DNA of 63,969 nucleotides, filler included, from Trypethelium eluteriae (Eukaryota), in NCBI GenBank assembly GCA_051942245.1. It is 3 parts of 3 records of this genome, joined end to end, with 100 filler letters (N's around TTAATTAATTAA, not from the genome) between each part and the next. Parts side by side here need not be neighbours in the genome. Positions count along the whole stretch, not along the records: positions 1 to 22,677 come from JAVECL010000436.1; 2 more parts are not named here. One strand, given 5' to 3'. Below, piece after piece: positions 1 through 11,084 of this stretch. The notes under the pieces are model-generated. The model had not been told where the DNA came from and made no database searches. It saw nothing but the letters and a program-made list of their open reading frames with translations. Numbering within the stretch: position 1 is the stretch's first letter; each line of letters opens with the position of its first letter. The position numbers and the translations under genes were made by a program.

Positions 1-215
1 CTACTGATCAGTGTGATAACTCGTGATCTGTGGGTGATCACTCTAGATCGCTCTACCCTGATCTGTGGCTTATCACCACTAATCAGTCACGTGACCTTTA
101 CTCGTTACGACCTGTCTGTGGAACGCTTGCAGCAAGTACAAAGGAGATGGCGTTCAGCCTTGACGCGGCTGGGTCGTAACAGGTATTGGGTGGGCCTGCC
201 TGCGAGATCTTTAAT

Positions 216-581
216 ACTTCTGTATCGGATTCTCGGTAGGGTGGGTCTCAACATTTGAAGGGTCACAATAAAGTTTTGGACATTCCGCCCAATGCCTTTG
301 CCCACTTCCGATCTCGTTACTATTCTCAATATATCCTATACCTAAGTTCACAGACCAATGGATCCAATCAAACGAGCCACATGACAGTAAGCAGGAGCTA
401 ACTGTGGAATTATGGTTAGTTCTGTCTCGCATCCTCGGTAGGTTTTCTCAACATTTAAAGAGTCACACTGTGGAATTATGACTCAACATAATTCTGAGTG
501 AATGCCTTCAAACTTTATTGTGACTCTTGTAATGTTGAGAAACTCTACCAAGGACGCGACATAGAGCATAATAATTCTGAG
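216..581. repeat. Three degenerate copies of a ~55-70 bp unit, two direct and one inverted; possible transposon-end or MITE relic
   Basis: The core GGTAG..TCTCAACATT..AAG.GTCACA occurs at ~216-285 and ~417-467, and as its reverse complement at ~500-570. A 13-bp direct repeat CTGTGGAATTATG lies at 402-414 and 468-480. Confidence 0.7.
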
Positions 582-601
582 AACTTTTGGTGTCGCATTT
601 G

Positions 602-2273
602 TTACTCCTGCGACAATCTTTCCCACCCGTTAACGGCGTGCACCGACTTTGTCAGGGGGTTACTACGCTCCATCTCAATATCCTGTGTAATGGAAGTTGT
701 CCGAATTACTCCAGCCGCCGTCTCCTCCTCAGTCAACCATAATACATCTGCCGAGCCCACATCGCCGGAACCACGCCGCGCCATGATTTTGTTGCGCGCT
801 GACCTACTGATCCCATTGTAGGGCTGCTTACTGCTCTTGTCACTACTGCCAGGGACGTCACTACCAGTCCCGCTACTTCGTGTCCAAATCAAGGACCGCA
901 TGTATGAACCGACAGACGTAACGACGTGGTGTCTGCCAAGGGATGATATGACGGGAATGCTGCTGCAAATGATACCTGCGGAAAGCTCACCGGCACTAGA
1001 CACAACACTTGTATTAGCAGCAATATCTCAACCACCTCATTCCAGATTGTGTTGAAAAGGAACCCATGATAGCGAGGGGGATTTGTTGGAAATGATATTA
1101 CCTATATATGTAAGTATATGTGCCGATCCAGGTTGGATCGACGCTGGGATGAGCGAGTTGGCGACCGCGCTGAATGAGTGATGCTATAGAGCATCCAATA
1201 GCACTGTCAACGGGGACCGAATCAGTTGATGAAATGCAGCATATGACGTTTACTCTATTCCATCGACCTTGTCGAGCACCACCAAAATATCATGTCCATG
1301 CTTACAGTAATCCAGTTGCAAAGATTGTGAGTATACCAATCTTCCTTTGCAGCGTCATGTTGAGTTTCACAATCAACTGAATGGGGATAACAAAAAGGTA
1401 GATATCGCTGACTGTTCCAAACACGCTTTGGCTTACAGCCAGCTGCAGCATCGTGACGGAAGACTTCTCGGCTTGTAAACCCCATGCCTCGAGGATTGTA
1501 TAGTGGCTGGGACTAGGCACTGATAAAGTAGTATTCACAGTCAAGGTGATGGAGTAAAAGATTGCACAGAGCACGATACCAATGTATATGGAATATCGAG
1601 TCGCACGATTGACTTTGAATAGGCGTAGATAGAGTAGGAAGAGCGAGAGTTTCACGAAGAAGGCTGAGGCGGCATATAAATCGACCGTTGCGATATTTCG
1701 CTTTGAAGCCTTAAGTACGGATATCGTGGAATTTGCAACTCAGACTGACCTGATAATAAGTGATGGTCAATCTTGTGACTGGAATATCCCAGATGTGCAG
1801 CCCGAGGAATTGACCCACAACTATCAATGCGTCAGCAACTGAACTAGTGGGAGTAACATTGGATAGGAAGGATCATGACCTACGTGTGAAGGTGAGAATA
1901 TCGTGCGAAAGTAATGCCAACTAAAGAAAAGCAAACATTAGAAGGGCTCGGCTCTGCCGCCAAGGGACATAGGCGGCTTCGATAGGATGTATTAATTCAA
2001 AGGTACTGCTCACCCAACCAAACAAGCATGCAACTATTTCAATCAGTGAAGCTCTCAGCGGTGCGATACCAGAGCATTCTCACCGTCGTCCCAGCCCCAC
2101 AATTGAGGCGAACACATCTTCGCAACAAATCGCATGATCACAAAGACAGATGTAACGGTCATGGTCAAGCCCATCCCGACGTGGACCTGGAGGGCGAGAG
2201 TGGGTGGATCAACATAATTAGAGACGATGCCCATTGGCGGGGGGCCCAAAGCTGTGATTTCGCTGGAAGCCAT
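602..2273 (-). CDS. PTH11-like / fungal rhodopsin-domain 7-TM integral membrane protein (multi-exon)
   Basis: Spliced exons give N-terminal PPPMG..SNYVDP, GWDD, GLHIWDIP, KLSLFLLYLRLF, DIYLFVIPI..KLNMTLQRKIGIL and ELSAGIICSSIP. Canonical GT-AG junctions are seen at 2083, 2013, 1921 and 1821. The stop is at 602-604. Confidence 0.88.
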
Positions 2274-2423
2274 GGCCGCGAGCGTAGGAAATCGACAATA
2301 GATTGGTAATTTGTGATGTTCAGCGTATTTTTTATAAAATCATGAAGAAAGTTGCCGAAAAGATTGAGTGAGGTGAGGGCGATCAACTCACTCACTACAG
2401 AGGAAAGGTCTTAAAGAACTTCA

Positions 2424-2460
2424 ACAGCCTTGGACAGCCTTGGACAGCCTTGGACAGCCT
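2424..2460. repeat. 10-bp tandem repeat (TGGACAGCCT) x ~3.7
   Basis: Read directly: acagcct tggacagcct tggacagcct tggacagcct, upstream of the membrane-protein ATG. Confidence 0.9.
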
Positions 2461-2843
2461 CGAACCGTCGGAGTTCCACAGCCACTCTCGCTGACGCGAC
2501 GACACCTATCGTCCCACTTCAGAACCATGATTCAGGGTCGAGTTCAGCCCCGCATCCAACTGCAGTTGCATTGCATGAGGTTACATGTAAGCATCAATAA
2601 AGTAACGTGGATGTAGCACACGCCTGCTCAACGGAATGCCCCACCGTCTGCCTTCCAGTCTCCTGGAAAGCATCTGTGCGTATTTTTGTAAAGTTGTTTG
2701 CAGCACGAGGGATACATAGATAAACATCTCAGTTCCTATAGGCCGATGCTGCTCACCACAAGACCGTCACGTATTGTAGCATTGCTTTCTAGCGAAGGTT
2801 CAGTAAAGGAATAAGCGAGCAGTAAATAAGTGAGGCTGTGATC

Positions 2844-4682
2844 TCAAAACAGTTTAAAGCCCCCAGGAACCAAGGTTTGGAATATACCGTTCGGATCATA
2901 CTTGAGGCTGGCAGCCTGCATCTCCCGCTCACTTTGAGACCCGTAGCCGTGCAGAGGACCCTGCCAGCTACTCGCGTAATTCAAGTATATCCAATTATTC
3001 AAGAGGCCCTTCCCTCTAGCGGCCGCCACAATCCTTCTGTCTAATTCCTGGCCAACTCTATTCATCACGTCGTCATCAGTGTCCCTCGTCCACGTCGCGG
3101 AAATTAGACACAGAACTAGAGGTCCCTCAGAAGGATGGAGTCCAAGCATGTTTCCTCCTCGCTTGGTGGATTCTTCCAGGAGTTTCGTACTAATTGGCTG
3201 GATACTGAGTGTAAGAATAGCTCCAGTAACATTTGCAATTCTGGCGGATGCGTCAATTAAGTAGTTGTAGACTGTGGTGAGAAACTCCCGATCATTCCCA
3301 AAAGTACTCGTAATAAAATAGGTCCTAGATCCATAATTAGTAACGTAAATCCAATTTGGCGAAGCTCATCAACCTTTGACCATTTGGCATGCCTTCTTCG
3401 AACTCCTTGGCGAAGTCAAGTTGATTGGAAATACGCATTGTGTTTGATACTTGAGGTTGAATCTCTGTAAAACGTTCGAAGGCTTTGGGATTATTCTCAG
3501 GCAGGCCATACTCGATGTTCCCGCTCGCGATGATTCCCGTCTCAGGGACACTGGAGAAGGAGAGGATCAACGCGGCGTTTGGATCGTATAATTCTGCGCA
3601 GTTCAGGTGTACAAATGCGTCCAGGAGTGCGGAGGCCGTAGCATTAGCGGTAATGAGCCAGAGAATTCTGCCACCCCAAAAGTGACCCTGCTCGAATGTC
3701 TCCATATCGAAGCGCGTGACGATCCCGAAGTTGTTGGAGCCGCCCTTCAGTACCCGCCACAGATCGCTGTTCTCCTGAGCATTGGCGTTGACGATGCGTC
3801 CGTCTCCAAGAACGACTTCATAGTTGAGAACATTATCGCACGCGAATCCTTTGCGGCCTGAAAAATAGGAGATGCCTCCTGGAAATAGTGTCAACAGCTC
3901 AATTCCAATAAAACGTACTGGGGGAAATCTGCGAGGACTGACCCCCCAATATGAGCCCACCAACCCCAACCGCGGCTGCTCGACCACCTACGACCGTGAC
4001 GCCGTGTTCTTGCAAAGAGTGGTAAACGTTTTCCCAGGTAGATCCGGCACCAACGGATGCCACTTTCTCATCCGCATCCCACTTCACAGAAGTCAGACGT
4101 CGCATGTCAATAACGACGCCGTTGTCCAGATTCGAGCTCCCGTTCCAAGAGGTGTGACCCCCGCCGCGGATAGCGAACTTGCAGAGGGAGGATTTGTTGC
4201 TGTCGACGATAGTCCTCACCGCTATAGCTACGTCTTCTCGATTTTCGGGGATCACGATACAATCAGGAGTGAATATGTTCTCCTGTGCGCGCCAGTATGA
4301 AGTGGTTGAATTAGTGTATTCTTGACTTCCCGGAAAGACCACCTTATGTTCCAATACCTCGGATAGTCGCTTGCACTGCATCGTGCTAGCATCAGTTTGA
4401 GGATTACCGAGATTACCGAGCTGCGTCTTCAGCGAATGTAGAGAATGGATAAAACAGAAAGGGCCTTTCTTTTGAAAAACCTGATGAAAGATTTGCGCTT
4501 GTCTGAGCTCTAGGGCCACTACACATCGGGAAGCAAGGGTGCAAGTCAGGAATCACGCAGCTTACAGGTGATCCGCCAGCAACATGTTCCATCAGTGCTT
4601 TGCCCTGGACGTGGGATGGGGCTTCCTGTGCAAGGATCTGAATGATAAAGCAGACCAAGCCTGGGAGCGAATAAATGAGCAT
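2844..4682 (-). CDS. Probably secreted FAD-binding oxidoreductase, BBE/VAO family (multi-exon)
   Basis: Signal-like N-terminus MLIYSLPGLVCFIIQILA; FAIRGGGH flavinylation motif; GVGGLILGG; LKGGSNNFGIVTRFD; C-terminal YLNYA...KYDPNGIFQTLVPGGFKL. Confidence 0.92.
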
Positions 4683-5368
4683 ATCGTTCTACAAACGCAA
4701 GGCGTGGCGTGACGTGTGAAGAAAAACAACTCAGGCGTTGTCAGGCGGTCGCAGCCCTTACTCGTTGGAGAGGAAGTTGAATTCATTGATCGGTCGTGAT
4801 GGGGCGTATCGGATTGATTCAGCTGAGTTCGGCATGCCTGATGTATTTCCGAAAATCAAGGCGGACGGGAAGCATTGCTAACGAGACCAGGCAGAAGCAA
4901 GTCTTAGAGACGTGGAGCCACTGATGCGTTGGTCAGGGATAGCCCCTCATTGCCTTTCGGCGGATTTCAGTACCACAGTTCCAATCCGCATTAGAGTAAG
5001 TCCCTGGCCACACAACATCGACGCGGCGACGCCCGGCAGCTACCCTCCATTTTGTAAACATCCTAGATCTGCAATAGCTGTGCAATCTCTTCTCTCAGTA
5101 CGCTTGTCAGAACTGCACTATATGCTTTCATCACGCAGTTCAAGGCGTCTGTGTCATGGTAGTACTGTAAACGTCAGCTGGCCAAACCCGACACCGGAAA
5201 GTTTCTGCAACCCATATCATATAGGTTATCATGTCCATATCGGTACTTCATCAACCATTCGATGATAATAATTGTTCTTGCTGCACTCTCATCACGATAT
5301 TCGCTGTCCTACACGCTGTCGTGCGTCTGGATCTGAGTGTCCCCAGTGCTTAGAACCCTTCCTGAATC

Positions 5369-7208
5369 ATGGAACTTATAAAATTTGTTTCGTGTCATGG
5401 CTTTTCCCTTGCCTCTAGCCGTCCCTCGCCAAGCCTAAGCGCATCCGGAGATAAAACGGTCTCTTTTCGCTCTGCTGCCCTTATTTCTGTCGTCTTGTGT
5501 CTTGCCATCTTCATTCTTTGGAAGTATCCGCACTGGGATGTCATACCAGAGCAGGACTCCGTGTCAAAAGATCTACATAAAGACACAAAAGTACCTTATA
5601 CAGATCGCATTCCATTATCAGCTTTATGGAACCCTTGGAAAACAGCCTGTACAGCGTAAGTGGTGCTCATATCCAAGGAAATTTTGGTGCTTCCGATAAA
5701 CTAACTTTCGACAAAAGGCGCATCTTTTATCACTCAGTCGTTGTTCGGGTGAAGTTATGCGCCAAGGATTTTTACATCGTGCAGGGACCTCGTAACATCA
5801 GCGCGCTGTTGCGAAAACCTGCTCTTTCTACCTTTTTCTTCCATGGCCGCTTTCTTACGAATGTGTTCCTTCTGCCCAAAGAATGTCTCAAGGCATACAG
5901 GAGAGATAACACGGGCGCACACGAGACCCCTGAGCCAAACAGTAATAGTCTTGCTCCCTACAATCGCATCGATTTTCTGATTCGCTCACATGTACGGGAT
6001 CTGCTTGGAGGCTCGGGCTTAAAACCTTTCAGCCAGCGATTCTACAAGAATGTGAGCAAGCGTCTTGGAAACATGCAGTCGGGAACAGAGTGGGTGAGTT
6101 GGCCGGACCTGACAAAAATTATCCAAAAAGAAATAACAGGGTCTGCCATTGATGCCCTATGTGGTCCTTGGCTACTGGAAAACCATCCAAGCTTTTTGGA
6201 TGATTTTTGGGTGTTCGACAATAACATCTATTCACTTCTTCTCCGCCTACCGCGATTCCTCACGCCCCGTGTACACGAGGCTCGAGCAAATCTCTTAGCT
6301 GCGGTTGAGGCATGGCATCAGTGGGCAGACGCACATTTTGACCCCGCTCTAATCTCTTCGCAAGATGGCTATGATTCACCTTGGGCCCATCCATTCTGGA
6401 GAAAGAGACGGGAAATGCTCCTGCAAGTTGACGATTTCAGCCAAAAGGGAGTCGTGTCTCAAGATCTGGGTCTATTATGGGGGTAAGTGGTAGATCTTTT
6501 ACTAGGGCGAAGATGTCACGTCGCTTATAGCGTACAAACAGGTCAAACTCGAACAGTGTGCTTGCCGCCTTTTGGGCAACTTTCGAAGTCTTTCGAGATC
6601 TATCACTTCTCGAGATAGTGCGGCAGGAGGCGCAGGACTGTCTGATTAGGCGAGATGGAGTCGAGCTTGAATTTGACGTGGAACAGCTTGTCAGACAGCC
6701 GGTAGTTCAAGCAATATACGCTGAGACGCTTCGTTTGCGTGTGAACGGAATCCTTATGCGCAAAACACCTATGAATGGGCTGATAGTCAACGAAGATTTT
6801 GTCCCTGGAGAGAAATTGATTCTTACTGCGTCGACAGCAGCCCATATGGACCCACGAGTATGGGGCGTTGGTATTGGACAGAATCGCTCTCCGTACGAAT
6901 TTTGGCCTGGTCGATTCCTGAAGCACGTTAGAGGTGTTAACAGAGGGGTCGACTTTTCCATGACAGGTACGGCGGGATCTTGGATGCCATTCGGTGGGGG
7001 AACCCATATGTGTCCGGGCCGCTTTTTTGCAAAGCGGGAGGTGATCTTGAGCATGGCACAGATGGTTACACTTTACGACTGCGACATTCTTTCCGACAAG
7101 GGAGCACAAAAAATGGATGGTCGGACATTTGGGCTGGGGACACTTGGCCCGGCTGGAAAAGTTCCGGTTAGGTTAAGGCGACGGGATGCCTTTCTTCCCC
7201 CACATTGA
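5369..7208 (+). CDS. Cytochrome P450, CYP7/CYP8-like I-helix (3 exons)
   Basis: N-terminal TM segment. Introns 5656-5717 and 6483-6541 restore the frame. Motifs: I-helix LLWGSNSNSVLAAFW, ETLR, heme loop FGGGTHMCPGR. Confidence 0.93.
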
Positions 7209-7426
7209 GCTAGGCTTATTAGTTTACCACTCTCAGCGCTTGTTTCTTTCTATCTCGTTCCCATTGTCAATTCTTATCTCAAAAAAGTTGCTTGATGTTC
7301 ATGCATTGATGCTTGTATATCTAGAATACATATGGTGTCGTTCCTCCATCCCGACCCTTTAATAGTAAGGCGGAGCACAGTTAAGCGCGACGGAGCAGAA
7401 CCTGAGCTGTGGCGATACAAGCCTGC

Positions 7427-7688
7427 CTCTGCGTCCGACTAGGAGGTGTCCGATTTTGACACACAGACCAACGATACGCGATGATAACATTGATGACCTT
7501 CTCACTCTTCTTTACTTCCCATAACTCTTATATCATTAATATATAGGAGCTAATTTAAGAGACTACACAAGGCTAATAAAGTTCATAAAAAAATAAGCTA
7601 ATATTAAAACACCAAGGCGGGTGAGACGAGAGGTCTTGAGGTGTGGTGGTCCGTGTCAAAATCAGACACCTTCTAGTCGGACGGAGAG
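7427..7688. mobile_element. MITE-like element with ~36-bp terminal inverted repeats and an AT-rich interior
   Basis: Left end CTCTGCGTCCGACTAGGAGGTGTCCGATTTTGACAC versus reverse complement of the right end CTCTCCGTCCGACTAGAAGGTGTCTGATTTTGACAC (3 mismatches). No ORF and no clear TSD. Confidence 0.75.
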
Positions 7689-7691
7689 AAC

Positions 7692-7721
7692 TGAGCCGGT
7701 GTTGAGCCGGTGTTGAGCCGG
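7692..7721. repeat. 11-bp tandem repeat (TGAGCCGGTGT) x ~2.7
   Basis: tgagccggtgt tgagccggtgt tgagccgg lies immediately after the right TIR. Confidence 0.85.
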
Positions 7722-8387
7722 GCGTAATCTTGTTGAATCCGCGCGGCAATACGGAGTACCGCTAACCCAGTTGGGTTTATAGCGAGGTCACTTTCTATGT
7801 GAACATAGCGCAATACTACGCACGTCTTAAAACAGCATATTAAAGGGTGTGGTCACCTTGCAACTGCCACGCATTTTAGCGTCGACAGCATTGATACACT
7901 ATAACTAAATAATGACAGGGCGTCATGATGCTTTCTTCTTGAGATCTAAAGTACATTGCGCACCCCTGTACATCATCTAAGATCAGTACTAAGCCATATC
8001 GAGAGATACCATCCCAGAAAGCGTACTGAATAGTTTTAGGAATGTAGAATTATATTTATCCGACCGACTTTATGTAGGGGATTGAAGCAACGTCGGCCTG
8101 CACACTGGACTTGCTAACAGATGACCATCCGTCCGAGTTCAGGGGAAATGATTATGGAATAAGACCACCACGCTAATAGTAGCGTACAAACTCCAGGCTG
8201 AAATGAAAGGACGCTTCGTAATCTATATCATGATATCAATCTCAGGGATCTAGCTGAAGCAGAAAATTCCAATGCGTGAATATGAACTTTGATGCGATAT
8301 TAAGGAAGAGTAATGCATGTCAGGCAAGAGAATGGAGGTGATGTAGTGCGCAAGACATTCACCAGCTCAAACAATGTGACAGTGGAT

Positions 8388-11084
8388 TTAGAAAACTGCC
8401 GCGAGCCCGTTTTTCGAATGTCTTTTGCTAAACCGTTTTCGAGATTTCGAGGATTCGGAGTCGAGGTCTTTGCGCAGAGCGCTCCGGGAGACGTTGACCG
8501 CATCCAGACCAGCGTCACCCCCGATGGTACTGGCAGGGCTGGATATGGCTGAATCGAGATCGTTGAGTGCTGAAGCGCCAGAGTACGAGTTCGTGATGCT
8601 TTGTGTGATGGCAAATTCTTTTGCCCGCTCCATCGTCTCTAGCCACTCCTGAGCGGTGTATTTACTTCCCTCTGGATCGATTGAGGTGGCTTTGGGATCT
8701 TCGAAGAGGTGGTGCTTGTCACGCTGCACTAGACGTAAGCGATTGCCGCGCATAGGTTCAACAAGAGCACTTACCGTATCAACGCACCAGACAGTTATTC
8801 CCTTCGAGTCCTTGTAGCTTGTCCATGAAGTCCCGGGGTTAAGCAGAGGTATCTCCATCTTCGCCTTTTTCTCCTCCCCACCAGCGGCAGCCATAATGAT
8901 CCGAGCACTTGAGGTGATCATGACAAGACGTTGCTTCTTTTTGTCGTCTTTTGGGCCGAAGAATCGTGAGAACTTCTTCGGCGCCTCAGCTGGCACGGCA
9001 TGCTTGGACGTTGGGCTCTGCGCTGCTGGCGTCGTGGTAATGATGAGGTTGCCTAGCTTCAGAATACGTTCGTTGTTCCGCGTCAACACTGGAGACCAGT
9101 CAATATCCAATTGACTGGGAGGAGGCAGTTCAGTAATAGCACGCAGCTGTGGTCTCGAGACACTAGCACTTGAAGAAAGAATATTCTGAAGGCCGCTACG
9201 AGAGCCACCAGCTACCCCGGTATTGCTCATTTGGGCGGGACTGTTGCCGTTCAACTTGATCGGCTCTTGCGTAGGTGGAACGTATGCTCTAAGCTTTGGT
9301 GGCCGTTGCTGCCATAAGCCCTTGCCCCATCTTATACCGTCGAAGAATTGATGGTTCTTAATGTGTTCGATAGGTAAACGTTTGGCCGGATCAAGGACAA
9401 GGAGCCTTTCCACGAGGTCACGCGCCATCTCTGGGAACCCGGTAGGGAAAGCATAGTCAAGGGCGACAATTTTCTGAAACGTTTGATACTCATTCGCAGC
9501 TTTGAAAGGCGGTCTGCCTGCCAGAAGTTGATAGATTATGCAGCCAAGAGCCCACAGATCACTGGCCTTGCAGGCGTTTTTGTCGGTGAGGAGTTCCGGG
9601 CTCACATATTCGGCAGTGCCGACGAAAGAGACTGCCCTATCTGTTTCGGAACCATCTAGAGGACTTCCAGAAGAGCTTGCGTTTTGGGTTTCCTCTGCAC
9701 TTTCGTTTGATGACGATAAGGATGGGAGATCTAGAATTTTTGCAGTCCCAAAGTCGGTTATCTTAACATGCATCTTGTCATCGAGAAGTACATTCTCAGG
9801 TTTCAAATCCCGGTGTATTATTCCGCGTAAGTGCATATACTCAACAGCATCTAAGATCTCAGCGCTGTAGAACTTTGCGCATTCGAGGTCAAAAGTCGAC
9901 AATTTCTTGAGCACGCCAAGAAGCTCACCGCCAGTCGCGAGATCCAGAACAAAATATAGCGATCGCTCGTCTTGGAACGTATAGTATAGCCGCACGACGC
10001 CGGGATGATCAGTGAGACGGTTGAGGGTATCCTTCTCAATGTTGACGTATTTGACCTTCTTTTCTTTGATAATATGACGTTTATCCAAAACTTTGATAGC
10101 GTATTCTCGTCCCGTTTGACGATCTGTGGCCGCCAGTACCGTGCTATATGATCCCTCGCCCAGCGTTCGGCCAAATTCAAAGTCTTTAACTCCTTTCTTG
10201 ACCACGCGTGTGACTGGTCTGCCGCTTGCGTCAAGTTCCCGACGGACGCCAACTGCTGCACCTCTTTCTCTCCATTCTTCGCTGCTGGGTAATGGGCCTC
10301 CTTCAACATATTGCGGTACACTCGAGGGAGTGGTGTTTTGTTGACTTAATCCGCCAACCTGTCCCATTGGTACTCGGCGTGAACTTCTTCGTGGAGGAAA
10401 AGGTCCGTTCATTACCGGCTGTTGGGTTTCCCGATAAGAACGGTCGCTACCGCTCCTTTCTCTCCCCGTGTATAGACCTTGCATTGCCCCAGCCGCTCTT
10501 CGAGATGGGTTCCGAGCTATGCCAGCCGGCACGGACTTGGGTTGTGCATCTTCTCGATATCGATAGGAGCTTTGATTTGAGATGCCAGAGCTGGAGGAGA
10601 GGTTCGGGTGGTTGTAGATTCCGGATACTGGACGAGATGACATCAAAGATGTAGGGTTATTACGCGACTGGTTTGCTGCAGGAGAAGGATGTGGTGATTG
10701 ACTTGACTGTTGGGAGTTCACACCAAGGGGCATTGATCGTCTTCGATTTAGCTGTGTAGTCGGATGGGTGTGGTCTGGCGGAGCCGTTGACAGTGGGGAT
10801 TGTATTGAGGACTTGAATGGAGTCGGAGTGTCTAACGAGAACTCGTTTGGATTGAAGTCAAGAGTGTTTGCTTCTAGATTGCTGAAGGATGGCACCGCTG
10901 GAGGCACCTGCGTCTCTTGAGGCTCGATATCCTGGCTCGAGGGGTGTGGTATTGGATCGGGGGGCGGTCCAACGACTGCTGAGACAGCAGCAGGAGGTGG
11001 CGATGGAGATTGCTGATCGTCGTCGTCAGGGTTAGCAATCCGTAACCCCCCTAAGGACTGAGAGAGGCTCAAGTCTCCGTTCAT
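8388..11084 (-). CDS. pkh1: PDK1-family Ser/Thr kinase (Pkh1/2, Ksg1-like) with C-terminal PH-like domain
   Basis: Motifs GEGSYSTV, YAIKVLDKRHIIKEKKVKYVNIEK, HRDLKPEN, DFGTAK, SFVGTAEYVSPE. Start placed at MNGDLSLSQSL (11084). Probable in-frame intron at 8724-8774. Confidence 0.95.
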   Translation of the reverse strand: MNGDLSLSQSLGGLRIANPDDDDQQSPSPPPAAVSAVVGPPPDPIPHPSSQDIEPQETQVPPAVPSFSNLEANTLDFNPNEFSLDTPTPFKSSIQSPLSTAPPDHTHPTTQLNRRRSMPLGVNSQQSSQSPHPSPAANQSRNNPTSLMSSRPVSGIYNHPNLSSSSGISNQSSYRYREDAQPKSVPAGIARNPSRRAAGAMQGLYTGRERSGSDRSYRETQQPVMNGPFPPRRSSRRVPMGQVGGLSQQNTTPSSVPQYVEGGPLPSSEEWRERGAAVGVRRELDASGRPVTRVVKKGVKDFEFGRTLGEGSYSTVLAATDRQTGREYAIKVLDKRHIIKEKKVKYVNIEKDTLNRLTDHPGVVRLYYTFQDERSLYFVLDLATGGELLGVLKKLSTFDLECAKFYSAEILDAVEYMHLRGIIHRDLKPENVLLDDKMHVKITDFGTAKILDLPSLSSSNESAEETQNASSSGSPLDGSETDRAVSFVGTAEYVSPELLTDKNACKASDLWALGCIIYQLLAGRPPFKAANEYQTFQKIVALDYAFPTGFPEMARDLVERLLVLDPAKRLPIEHIKNHQFFDGIRWGKGLWQQRPPKLRAYVPPTQEPIKLNGNSPAQMSNTGVAGGSRSGLQNILSSSASVSRPQLRAITELPPPSQLDIDWSPVLTRNNERILKLGNLIITTTPAAQSPTSKHAVPAEAPKKFSRFFGPKDDKKKQRLVMITSSARIIMAAAGGEEKKAKMEIPLLNPGTSWTSYKDSKGITVWCVDTVSALVEPMRGNRLRLVQRDKHHLFEDPKATSIDPEGSKYTAQEWLETMERAKEFAITQSITNSYSGASALNDLDSAISSPASTIGGDAGLDAVNVSRSALRKDLDSESSKSRKRFSKRHSKNGLAAVF

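Noticed and set aside
602..2273. Light-sensing opsin
   Set aside because: The motifs are those of the PTH11-like family; no retinal-binding Lys motif is recognisable.
2424..2460. Short tandem repeats as CRISPR-like arrays (also at 35009 and 44025)
   Set aside because: There are no spacers and the context is eukaryotic; they are ordinary mini- or microsatellites.
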